Positions 9,984-18,852 of a DNA stretch of 64,000 nucleotides are shown in pieces. The position numbers were made by a program, and so were the translations under genes. The stretch comes from Candidatus Bathyarchaeia archaeon (lineage in GTDB: Archaea > Thermoproteota > Bathyarchaeia > Bathyarchaeales > Bathycorpusculaceae): contig JBNIDO010000004.1 of NCBI GenBank assembly GCA_050108095.1, forward strand, positions 6,469 to 70,468. Reading direction: 5' to 3'. A model generated the notes under the pieces. The model was not told the origin of the DNA. It made no database searches and saw nothing but the letters and a program-made list of their open reading frames with translations. The stretch's first letter is position 1. Each line of letters opens with the position of its first letter.

Positions 9984-10090
9984 GGGCTGAGTGGACTCTG
10001 GAATAAAACCAACAGATCATGGTCAAGGATGGTTTAGTTGCATTTTCCATTCTTATCTTCCTTAAGGGTTTCCAGAATCCCAGCAAACCC
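9984..10090. ncRNA. Putative structured non-coding element, copy A, 3' of propeller gene 1
   Basis: Outer stem GGACTCTGGAA/TTCCAGAATCC, inner stem AAGGATGG/CCATTCTT; 20 nt (10035-10054) identical to 24901-24920. Confidence 0.6.
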
Positions 10091-10145
10091 TCTTTAAGAA
10101 GGGTTCAAATCTCCTTTCCATCATCTACTTTTTTTTTAAGAAAAA

Positions 10146-10514
10146 TTAGGTTTTGTCTAAGGACGCTTTTTCGTCGCTCAACTCAGGCATAAGTTTTGCT
10201 TCTAGCATGTTTAGGCGATTTAGGCGGTTTTCCCATGTGCGGAAGAAGCGGTACTGGAATGCCATAAGGTAGATACTGTAAACAAGCACGCCGGCCAGCA
10301 CCGCGAGTAGGATGATGCCGCTGACTGCGAAGGCGCGTTGCATGGTTATGTAAGCGACGGTGACCAAAACGACCAGCATTAGGGCTGAGATGAGGATGCT
10401 TATGATTGCGCCGCGTTTGAAGCGGTTGGTTTCCTTCTCCACTTGGTAGAGGAACTCATGCATGGTCCGCACAGGGTACACTTCTTCGTCTTTTTGGTTC
10501 ATCGCTTTTTTCAT
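10146..10514 (-). CDS. Hypothetical membrane protein (2 TM)
   Basis: 122-aa ORF, two hydrophobic helices, coupled to the upstream wHTH gene. Confidence 0.7.
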   Translation of the reverse strand: MKKAMNQKDEEVYPVRTMHEFLYQVEKETNRFKRGAIISILISALMLVVLVTVAYITMQRAFAVSGIILLAVLAGVLVYSIYLMAFQYRFFRTWENRLNRLNMLEAKLMPELSDEKASLDKT

Positions 10515-10555
10515 CCTTTTTTGCTGTTATATAGGTAGTTCACCACTGGTGCAGC

Positions 10556-10813
10556 CTAAAGCAGCGAAGGCAAGGCATCTCGGAGGCTCACATAGATTTT
10601 GCGGCCCTCAGCCGTCAACAAAACCTGCCCCTCCGCGGTTTCGTCTATGAAACCCTTCTCTTTCAAGTAAAGCAGGTGTTTTAGGAAGTCGTCGTAGGAG
10701 GCATCCGTGGCTTTACGCCAAACATGCGTGCGCAGCTGGTTTTTGCCGCTAAAGAAGAGGTACTCTAGGATTTCGAATCGTATCTGAACGGAACCCTTGC
10801 GTTTATCGGCCAT
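10556..10813 (-). CDS. Winged-helix DNA-binding protein
   Basis: RFEILEYL...SYDDFLKHLLYLKEKGFI...LLTAEGRK pattern. Confidence 0.75.
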   Translation of the reverse strand: MADKRKGSVQIRFEILEYLFFSGKNQLRTHVWRKATDASYDDFLKHLLYLKEKGFIDETAEGQVLLTAEGRKIYVSLRDALPSLL

Positions 10814-10895
10814 CGCTACACCGTTTGGGCTGCTGCCCCTTCACCAGTTGGATGCTAAATGTTGGTCTGTGTGTTTAAAAGGTTAAGGGTACCCG

Positions 10896-12266
10896 CTAAT
10901 GCATACGTTTGAACACGTAATCGGTTAAGTGTTCAAAGGGTGCCCCGAAGACTCTGTAGCCTGCGTTTTTGAGGTACCTGCGCCCGTAGAACTGCGCCTG
11001 AGCCTTAGCAATCGCAAACTTTAGTTTTCCCTCACTGAACCCCGACGCGTAGAGGAGTTTGTGGCGGATTAAGCGGTAGTTTTTGGGTTCCTCCCAATCC
11101 TCAATCGACACGCCCTCGCCTTTCACCCGCTCGTAGAGAGGCGTGCCCGGAATCGGGTAGGGCATGGTAAACGAGAGGTAGTCCAGCGGCAGAGCTGAGG
11201 CGAAGCGGGTGGTGTCTAGGACGGTTTGGTCGGTTTCGCCTGGGTAGCCCAAGATGAAGAAGGCGCCGACTTTGAGCCCCGCCGCTTTCGCTACGTGGAC
11301 GGCGTTTTGGGCTTGGGCAGTGGTTATGCGTTTGTTCATTATGCCCAGTACCGAGTCGTTGCCTGATTCGATGCCGAAGAAAACGCGGATGCACCCAGCC
11401 CGTTTCATCGCCGACGCCACCTCCAAATCCATGGTGTCCACGCGGGAGAGGCATTCCCACCCAATCCTAAGACGCCTGCGCACCATTTCCTCGCAGACAC
11501 CGATCAAATGCTTGCTGTTGAGTGTGAAGCAGTCATCGGCAAACCACACCCGCTCATAACCCAACCCCGCAATCTCCTCCACCTCATCCACAATGTTCCC
11601 CGCCGACCGTACCCGCGTATCCGAGCCGAAGATGGGGCGGCTGCAGAAGTCACAGCTAAACGGGCAACCCCGAGAAGTAATCATCGAAGTGGTTGTGTAG
11701 CCGAACTGGTCTCTGTAGTATTCTTTGTAGGCTTCGTTGTCAAAGAGTCGGCGGCTGGGAAACGTCAAGCTGTCGAGGTCCCTGACGAAGCCTCGGGGTT
11801 CGGTGGTGACTATGCGGTCACCATTCCTGTAAGCAACCCCCGCTACACCCTCCAGCGGCTTTCTTTGTGCCACACACTCAGCGAGTTCCACTATGGTCTG
11901 CTCGCCCTCCCCGATTGCCACCACATCAAACGTCCCCAAAAACCCTTGAGGCGACCAAGAAGGCAGCGGACCCCCAACCACCAACAAGCAATCGGGCAGC
12001 TGTTTTTTGATGGCTTGGGCGAGTTCTAGGGCGGTTTTTTTCATGGAGAACATGCAGTAGAACCCCACAATCTGCGGTTGCACTTCAACCACCCGTTTGA
12101 TGGCGTCGGCTCTTTTGAGGAAGGTGCAGTCGACCAACACCACTTTGTCGCCGTGTTTTTGGAGCGCCGCCGCAACGTAACCTAAGCCTAACGGGGGAAA
12201 ACGGAAGATGGAGTTGTCGTTGGCTGGATGGAAAAACGGGTAAACCAATGCAACCTGAGCTGTCAA
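10896..12266 (-). CDS. B12-binding radical SAM protein
   Basis: PPLGLGYVAAAL, VVGGP, GEGE (cobalamin domain); TSRGCPFSCDFC; GIESG. Confidence 0.92.
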   Translation of the reverse strand: MTAQVALVYPFFHPANDNSIFRFPPLGLGYVAAALQKHGDKVVLVDCTFLKRADAIKRVVEVQPQIVGFYCMFSMKKTALELAQAIKKQLPDCLLVVGGPLPSWSPQGFLGTFDVVAIGEGEQTIVELAECVAQRKPLEGVAGVAYRNGDRIVTTEPRGFVRDLDSLTFPSRRLFDNEAYKEYYRDQFGYTTTSMITSRGCPFSCDFCSRPIFGSDTRVRSAGNIVDEVEEIAGLGYERVWFADDCFTLNSKHLIGVCEEMVRRRLRIGWECLSRVDTMDLEVASAMKRAGCIRVFFGIESGNDSVLGIMNKRITTAQAQNAVHVAKAAGLKVGAFFILGYPGETDQTVLDTTRFASALPLDYLSFTMPYPIPGTPLYERVKGEGVSIEDWEEPKNYRLIRHKLLYASGFSEGKLKFAIAKAQAQFYGRRYLKNAGYRVFGAPFEHLTDYVFKRMH

Positions 12267-12362
12267 AAAGGGATGCCTCAGAAAATTCGCTACAAAACTA
12301 CTCGCTGGATGCCTTAAAAACCATTGTATTAGCTGAAAAAAGGAAAAAGTAGGAGTAGGCGT

Positions 12363-13145
12363 TTATTGGACGGTGGTTGCGGAGGGCGGCGGTGCGGGTT
12401 TGTTGTCGGTAAGAATGTTGTTTTTGCTCCATAGCCAGTCGGTGTTTATTAGCACATGAAGCAGTGGTACCGCGATTATTGTGATTATGAAGGCTTGTAT
12501 GAGTCTTATTGCAGGGTAGACGAACGGCGATACAAGGAACGCGAATTGAACATCGATCATTTGCATGCCATAGATTCCCTCGTAGACGGGAGGTAATGCA
12601 AAGGCTAAGGAACCCCAGACGTTGTCTGCTTGGTTGCCGATGAACGCTATTAGGAAGATTGCGGCGGCACCTAATCCGACGGTGAGTCTCTTTCGGAAAA
12701 GTATGAGCGGGGCTATGAGGGCTACTGCGATGATTTTGTCCCACAAAACCCAGATTGCGACTTGGGCGCTACTAAACGAGTAGACTGGTGGAGTGAAAAT
12801 AAACGCGACCATAATCACTATGAACGGTATTACGGCGAGTTTCCATTTTCTGTAGAATAGTGCACCGGAGACGAAGGCGTTTAGGGGTGGCGAGAGGAGA
12901 AATGGCAGGCTGGTCGGATAGCCTCCGAGTAGTGCCCATGCGGCTACTGCGCCTATGAGTGCTGCTGCGGTTCCAAGGTAGGGTCCTAGTAGTATGCCTA
13001 GGAGTGTTGCGATTAGGGCGGCGAGGCTGATTGTTAAGCCGGGTATGCCCATTGGGATGTTGAATGGTATGGCGACGCTGATGGCTACGTATAGTGCTGC
13101 GAATATTGCTGCGAGGGCTACGTGTTTGGATGTTATCTTGTTCAT
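12363..13145 (-). CDS. ECF transporter S component (substrate unknown)
   Basis: VALAAIFAALY...GILLGPYLGTAAALIG N-terminal S-component pattern; multiple TM. Confidence 0.75.
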   Translation of the reverse strand: MNKITSKHVALAAIFAALYVAISVAIPFNIPMGIPGLTISLAALIATLLGILLGPYLGTAAALIGAVAAWALLGGYPTSLPFLLSPPLNAFVSGALFYRKWKLAVIPFIVIMVAFIFTPPVYSFSSAQVAIWVLWDKIIAVALIAPLILFRKRLTVGLGAAAIFLIAFIGNQADNVWGSLAFALPPVYEGIYGMQMIDVQFAFLVSPFVYPAIRLIQAFIITIIAVPLLHVLINTDWLWSKNNILTDNKPAPPPSATTVQ

Positions 13146-13291
13146 TGCTACTTAATGCTCCCATGTATTAATTTTCATCGTTATGTATTTTTTTACATAG
13201 CGTCATCCTATAAAAGATTTCCCCCAACAAAAACTACACAGGCAACCGCTAAATAACACACCACAAATAACATCAACCAGAAGGCGCACCC

Positions 13292-14839
13292 ATGAAAACC
13301 CTCCTAATCACCGGAACCCTCGCCGAGAAAACCGTCAAACAATACGCCAAACAATCAGGCACCCCCACCGAAGTCAAAACCCTAAACGTCCAAGTCGCCG
13401 CGTTTCTAACCCCCAAAACAATCAGCCAAGCCCTCAAAAAACTCCCCCTAAAAGGCATCGACATCATCCTAACACCCGGACAAATGCCCGGAGACACAAA
13501 AACCATCACCGAAACAGTCGGCATCCCCGCCTTCAAAGGCCCCCGCTATGCCGCCGACCTCCCCCTCGTTCTCGACTGCTTGGGCGAAGTGCAGCTTTCA
13601 ACCACCGAACCCGCCTGCGACCTACTACGCGAAAAACTTCAGAAGAAGGCGTTAGCTGAACTCGACAAGGTAGAGCAGAACCGAACGGAATTACTAAAAA
13701 AGCCGGGGCACCTCCAAATTGGAGATTTAGTCGTCGGCAAAATGCTTCCCATGCGTGTTCTCGCCGAAATCGTCGATGCACCACTGTTGGAGACTGCCGA
13801 AATCCAGCGCTTAGCCAAACGTTATGCAGCGGCGGGTGCAAACATCATCGACATTGGCATGGTGGCGGGTCAAACAAGACCCAAAGATGTGGAACGTGCG
13901 GTAGCGGCGGTTAAGGCCGCTGTGAACTTGCCTGTAAGCATCGACACCCTCAACCCGGTCGAAATCGAAGCGGCAGTCAAAGCTGGATGTGACCTGATTT
14001 TGAGCGTTGATGCAGGGAACCTCAAAGCAATCGCGCCCTTCACAAAAGACACCCCCGTCGTGGTCATTCCAACAAACCAGCGAAGAGGAATTTTCCCGCG
14101 AGCCCCCCGTGCCCGTGTAAGGATGTTGGAACGCCTGATTAGGCAGGCTAGACAGTTAGGCTTCACAAGAATCATCGGCGACCTAATCCTAGAACCCACC
14201 CACATCGCCGACTCCTACATGGCTTTCCGGGAATTCAACCTCAGAAACCCCGACATGCCCCTACTCATCGGCATCGCCAACGTGGTTGAACTGTTCGATG
14301 CAGACTCCGTGGGCTTGAATGCACTGCTTGCGAGGTTGGCTTCTGAGGTTAACGCGGACATTTTGTTGACTACCGAGAAGACGCCTAAGGCAAGAGGCAG
14401 CGTGGGCGAGGTGGCGGCTGCGTCTAGGATGATGTTTTTGGCTAAGAAGCGGGATTCAGTGCCGCGGGATTTAGGCTTAGATTTGCTTGTGCTCAAGGAC
14501 AAGGTTGAACGGGAGATTCCCTGTAGCTTGGGCGGTGTTAGAGTGGTTGAAGCCAAACAGGTTGTTCAGGCCGTCAACTTGGACCCTTGCGGTGTCTTCC
14601 GCATAATGGTGGACAGAGACGGCGACGCCATAGTAGCCCTGCATTACCCTTCCAACGAGGCTAAGGCGCCATCTGTTGCGGTTAAAGGTTCAAGTGCGGA
14701 GAAGGTAATGGCTGAAATTTTAGGGCAAAAGTTGGTTTCGGGTCTGGACCATGCGGCTTATTTGGGCGCTGAACTGGCAAAGGCTGAGGTTGCGTTGCGG
14801 ACGGGAAAAGGTTACGTGCAGGACAAACCCCTTTTCTAA
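13292..14839 (+). CDS. Archaeal dihydropteroate synthase-like protein (MJ0107 type, pterin-binding)
   Basis: RVLAEIVDA, GANIIDIG, PVSIDT, DLILSVD, KTPKARGSV; C-terminal LDHAAYLGAELAKAE. Confidence 0.88.
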   Translation: MKTLLITGTLAEKTVKQYAKQSGTPTEVKTLNVQVAAFLTPKTISQALKKLPLKGIDIILTPGQMPGDTKTITETVGIPAFKGPRYAADLPLVLDCLGEVQLSTTEPACDLLREKLQKKALAELDKVEQNRTELLKKPGHLQIGDLVVGKMLPMRVLAEIVDAPLLETAEIQRLAKRYAAAGANIIDIGMVAGQTRPKDVERAVAAVKAAVNLPVSIDTLNPVEIEAAVKAGCDLILSVDAGNLKAIAPFTKDTPVVVIPTNQRRGIFPRAPRARVRMLERLIRQARQLGFTRIIGDLILEPTHIADSYMAFREFNLRNPDMPLLIGIANVVELFDADSVGLNALLARLASEVNADILLTTEKTPKARGSVGEVAAASRMMFLAKKRDSVPRDLGLDLLVLKDKVEREIPCSLGGVRVVEAKQVVQAVNLDPCGVFRIMVDRDGDAIVALHYPSNEAKAPSVAVKGSSAEKVMAEILGQKLVSGLDHAAYLGAELAKAEVALRTGKGYVQDKPLF

Positions 14840-14859
14840 TGCAAACCAAACCCGTTCTT

Positions 14860-14930
14860 CTGCTTGTGGAAATCGCCTCAACCAGCCATCAACCCCACCC
14901 AGTTGGAGAACACAAAACACAGCCGCTCAC
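14860..14930 (-). repeat. Dispersed element, partial copy (3' module only)
   Basis: Minus strand GAGCGGCTGTGTTTTGTGTTCTCCAAC..GGTTGATGGCTGGTTGAGGCGATTTCCACAAGC. Confidence 0.7.
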
Positions 14931-14980
14931 TAATCTCACTTAATTTTAGTGGATGGATTTGAAAATAAAAAAGAGGAGGT

Positions 14981-16120
14981 TTATTTGCTTATTCGCTTCT
15001 TAAGCACTACTGCAATGACTGCAACTGAAACCAAGACAGCAGCTAATATAGCAGCGACGTATGCAGCGGGAAACTGGCTTGAGCCAGCAACAGTTTGGTC
15101 CTCAACGAGCGTTGGGTCAACCGAAGAGGAGGAGCTAGGGGAACTATCCGGAATGTACCCTCCGCCAGATAAAGTGACACAAGAGATTATTTCGCCACTG
15201 TCAGCCCACAACTCAACACGAATTTGACTTACAAAGTAAGGGTACAATTCGCTTAGCGGCAGATAAACCACCCAGATCGGATATAAACTTCTATCTTCAC
15301 CGCGGCTCTTGGAAAACGGTTCTGCACGGATGTAGTCATGTACTATTAAAAAGTTTGAGATTACTTCGCCATCGTCCATTCGGTAAGAGAAGGTTTCCGC
15401 CCGTTTTAATGCCAAAGCAATCGCCTGCTCCTCGGTAATATTTACGGTGGTGTCGCCGATAGAATTGAGGTCTCGACCATCGACAAAAGAGTAGAAGTGG
15501 CCGTCCTTGAAAACTATGTTTATTCCGGGGTAATCTACACCGTTAAATGTGGGCTTCCAGTAGAACGCTGTTACAGGTCCGTTTAATATCTCGAGCTTTA
15601 AGTCATTATTAGTTTTTGAAGAATTCTTTGCCAGGTCAATGTCGACAAGCATGTTTCTCATTGGAGCTATGTCTTTGTCTCCTGTAAATTCTTGATATCT
15701 CTCCATAAGTGTAGCTGCTGCATCGACAGAATTCGATGATGGACTTTTGTTATAAAGTGGTACCCCCGAAATTGCAGATAAGTCACAAGATATTAGGCTA
15801 GCTCCCGCAAACTTGAAGGGACAACTTAAAAGACTATTTTGATGATTATCGTAATCAAAGTAAAATAACTCGTAGATTCCTGATGTTTCTATGTATCCCG
15901 AATCACCGATTATGCTGACGGCTGAGAGATTTCGTACAAAGTAGACACTTAGGTGTATTTCATACTTCGATAAATCGAGGTCAACGACATCATTTAGGAA
16001 TTTTAAAACCTCCTCTGTCTCAGCTGGTGATTCAGTTTCAGACGCGTTACAAGATGTTTGTTGAGTAAGTGAAAGTACTAGAAATCCTATCAGAAAGAAT
16101 GTTGTTAGTTTTTTGTTCAT
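14981..16120 (-). CDS. Secreted hypothetical protein with C-terminal TM anchor
   Basis: Signal peptide, Ser-rich linker, TM helix plus KKRISK. Confidence 0.75.
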   Translation of the reverse strand: MNKKLTTFFLIGFLVLSLTQQTSCNASETESPAETEEVLKFLNDVVDLDLSKYEIHLSVYFVRNLSAVSIIGDSGYIETSGIYELFYFDYDNHQNSLLSCPFKFAGASLISCDLSAISGVPLYNKSPSSNSVDAAATLMERYQEFTGDKDIAPMRNMLVDIDLAKNSSKTNNDLKLEILNGPVTAFYWKPTFNGVDYPGINIVFKDGHFYSFVDGRDLNSIGDTTVNITEEQAIALALKRAETFSYRMDDGEVISNFLIVHDYIRAEPFSKSRGEDRSLYPIWVVYLPLSELYPYFVSQIRVELWADSGEIISCVTLSGGGYIPDSSPSSSSSVDPTLVEDQTVAGSSQFPAAYVAAILAAVLVSVAVIAVVLKKRISK

Positions 16121-16411
16121 TTTTTCACCGTTCTATCTTGGTATTGTTGCATTGCCATCTCCCCATACGCGTAACTGTGTGGTGGAATTGCATTGATTCA
16201 CTGGGTCCCAAACTATTTGCTGATCTAGATAGAGATCGCTATCTGAAGTTCTTTCTAATTTATGTTTAAGCGTTAAACCGTTAGTCCTCAGCACAAAATA
16301 CACTAAAATGTTAGTTTACTAATAAAATTTTCAATTTATTCCAAGTTTTATTCAAGAGACTGAAAATTCGCAAAGCGCTATGTTTGAAAGTAGATCAAAG
16401 GGTTCTTCGGT

Positions 16412-16545
16412 TCTGCTTGCGGTTTGCTCCACAACCAACCTGCAACCCAAAGCAGACGCAGACACCAAAACAAAGCCGTCTACAGAACCCACAGGTTGTT
16501 GTTGTGTATAGGCGCTTTTCAGCAGCAACAAATATAGAAAAAAGG
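16412..16545 (-). repeat. Dispersed element, full copy (TTGTTG-type hairpin 1)
   Basis: Minus strand TTTTTTCTATAT.TTGTTGCTG..CAACAACAA..GACGGCTTTGTTTTGG..GGTTGCAGGTTGGTTGTGGAGCAAACCGCAAGC. Confidence 0.8.
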
Positions 16546-16581
16546 ATTTACCCTAAAAATCAACTGAAAAGACCATGAAAC

Positions 16582-17400
16582 CTAAAACGGTATCCTTGAG
16601 CCGTCAAACCCGATTTTTGAGTAACCCAACTCATCCTTGACCTCGCGCAGCCGAGCCGCATTAAACACGGGACCGTCACGGCACACGCGGTATTTGCCGA
16701 TTACGCAGCTGCCGCACAATCCGATACCGCAACGCATCAGCCGCTCCAAACTCGCCTCAAGCGGCAACTTACGCGCCTCGGTCAAATCAAAAATCTTTCT
16801 AACCATGATTTCAGGTCCACAAGTGTAAATCATGTCAAAGCGTTCCTTGTTGAGCAGGTCTGCGAGGGGTTGGGTGACAAGGCATTGCAGTCCTGCGGTG
16901 CCGTCTTCGGTGGTGGTTATGATGTTTTTTTCTTGGCACACACCACCGAGTTCACGCACAAAGAGCAACTCCTCCTTGGTTTTGGCACCCTCCACAAACG
17001 AGAGCCGCTCCGTCTTTGCCGCCAACTGCTTCGCCAAAAACAGCAACGGCGCGGTTCCTGTGCCACCGCCGACTAAGAGGACTCTGCCACGGCTCTCTGT
17101 GAAACTGTTGCCGAAGGGTCCACGGATGCCTATGGTTGCGCCTGTGGATAAGGTGTGCATGTGGCGTGTTGCGTCGCCCACAGCTTTCACTGAAACCGAG
17201 ATTACGCCGTCCGCGACATCCATAATGCTCAGCGGTATTTCGTCTATGCCTGGGATCCAGAGCATTACAAACTGTCCTGGACGTGCTTTGTTGCATAAGC
17301 GGTCTGTAAATGTGTATGTTTTGACTGTTGGGCTCTCGTCGCGCACGTTCACGATTTGAGTGGTGCGTATGGTGTTATTTGCGGTGGGCAAGTCCGACAA
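16582..17400 (-). CDS. pyrK: Dihydroorotate dehydrogenase electron transfer subunit
   Basis: PGQFVMLW, RGPFGN, LVGGGTG, CGPE, MRCGIGLCGSC...VCRDGPVF. Confidence 0.95.
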   Translation of the reverse strand: MSDLPTANNTIRTTQIVNVRDESPTVKTYTFTDRLCNKARPGQFVMLWIPGIDEIPLSIMDVADGVISVSVKAVGDATRHMHTLSTGATIGIRGPFGNSFTESRGRVLLVGGGTGTAPLLFLAKQLAAKTERLSFVEGAKTKEELLFVRELGGVCQEKNIITTTEDGTAGLQCLVTQPLADLLNKERFDMIYTCGPEIMVRKIFDLTEARKLPLEASLERLMRCGIGLCGSCVIGKYRVCRDGPVFNAARLREVKDELGYSKIGFDGSRIPF

Positions 17401-18292
17401 TCTCCTTCACACTCCTATAACCTTTCTTTCTCAAGTACATATCCACACCCTTAGCGACTGACTGGAAAACTTCAATGTCGTCCGCCACTGCTGTGCCAAT
17501 CTGCACCGCCGACGCCCCAGCCAAAAAAAACTCAACCGCATCACGCCAATTCGTGACTCCGCCGCAGCCGATGATTGGGATTTCGAAGGAGTCAGCGATG
17601 TCATACACGCAGCGTAAGGCTACGGGTTTTATGGCTGCTCCCGATAAGCCACCTTTAACGTTGCTTAGAATCGGTAGCTGCGTTTCGGCGTCAATCGCCA
17701 TCGCTTTTAGGGTGTTAACTGCTGTTAAGGTGTCTGCGCCGGCTTCTATGGCTGCCTGTGCAAGAACTGTGATGTCAGCCACGTTAGGGGACAGCTTAAC
17801 TATCAACGGCTTATTTATCACATCTTTTACCTGTTGCACAACTTCAGAGAGGAATTTGGGGCTCTGCCCGATTTCTGCGCCCGTCTGCTTCACATGCGGA
17901 CAGGAAACATTGAGCTCTACGGCGTCTGCGCCTGCTTCCACCGCTTTTTTGGCAACCGAAGCGTAGTCGTCGGCTGAGTAGCCAAATACACTTACGATTA
18001 AAGGCACATGCAGCAGGGTTTTGCAATGAGTGATTTCCTCGGAGAAAACGTTTATGCCTGGGTTGGGTAAGCCCATGGCGTTTATGAGTCCCCACTCCGC
18101 CTGCACAACCGTGGGGTTTGAGTAGCCGACGCGGGGTTCCACTCCTACTGACTTGGTGACTATGGCACCTGCTCCGCTTTTCACGACTCTATCCATGGAT
18201 TGGGCAGAGTACCCCATTATGCCGGATGCCAGCATCGTGGGGTTGCGTAGTTGCAAACCAGCAAAGCTTATGCTTAACGGATTGCTTTCCAA
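17375..18292 (-). CDS. pyrD: Dihydroorotate dehydrogenase B catalytic subunit
   Basis: NPTMLASG, INAMGLPNPG, ELNVSCPH, VKLSPN, GGLSG, PIIGCGG. Confidence 0.96.
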   Translation of the reverse strand: MESNPLSISFAGLQLRNPTMLASGIMGYSAQSMDRVVKSGAGAIVTKSVGVEPRVGYSNPTVVQAEWGLINAMGLPNPGINVFSEEITHCKTLLHVPLIVSVFGYSADDYASVAKKAVEAGADAVELNVSCPHVKQTGAEIGQSPKFLSEVVQQVKDVINKPLIVKLSPNVADITVLAQAAIEAGADTLTAVNTLKAMAIDAETQLPILSNVKGGLSGAAIKPVALRCVYDIADSFEIPIIGCGGVTNWRDAVEFFLAGASAVQIGTAVADDIEVFQSVAKGVDMYLRKKGYRSVKEIVGLAHRK

Positions 18293-18461
18293 ATAAATTC
18301 ACCGTTTCAAACTAGTTTAACACAAATAATTAGATAAAGCTTCTTTAGCACCAAAAAACGCTATGAGCGCTTTTATGTCAAAAAAGGGTAGTCGCCTAAA
18401 TGAGTCACGCCTGCTGCATGGAAAAGAAAAAATTAGGGGTATAGCTAAGTGCTATATCGGC

Positions 18462-18512
18462 TTATTTCTTCTTTTTAGTCTTTTTCGCTGCCTTTTTCGG
18501 AGCCTTCGCCAC
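18462..18512 (-). CDS. 16-aa Lys-rich micro-protein MAKAPKKAAKKTKKKK
   Basis: GTG start preceded by GAGGT SD; TTTAAATA box near 18547-18555; TATAGC/GCTATA hairpin plus T-tract after the stop. Confidence 0.55.
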   Translation of the reverse strand: MAKAPKKAAKKTKKKK

Positions 18513-18852
18513 GTTAATAACCTCAAAACACCAGTTAGCCCAGATTTATATTTAAAATTTACCAATGTCTTATTCGGCTGCCCCAACCAACAAAAGGGCT
18601 CAAAATTGCCAGTTATGGCTTAAATAGCCTCAAAAATGGGCTTTTTATTAAGGCTTTTTCTACATGTTTTTTGCCTTTACCATTTTAACATTTATGTGTC
18701 AAATTAGCGTTAACCCTCAAATCCCTCTGCCGCCCCCATGGCTACACCGGGAAAAAGCTCAAGACAGCATTCTAGAATCAACCATGACATATTGGAGTTC
18801 ACTTTTATTAGGGATTGACTCCTTACAATTCTACGCCGAGTTTTAGATCACA

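Noticed and set aside
18363-18623. 86-aa plus-strand ORF
   Set aside because: No motif; it is antisense to the better-supported Lys-rich micro-gene, which has SD, TATA and terminator signals.
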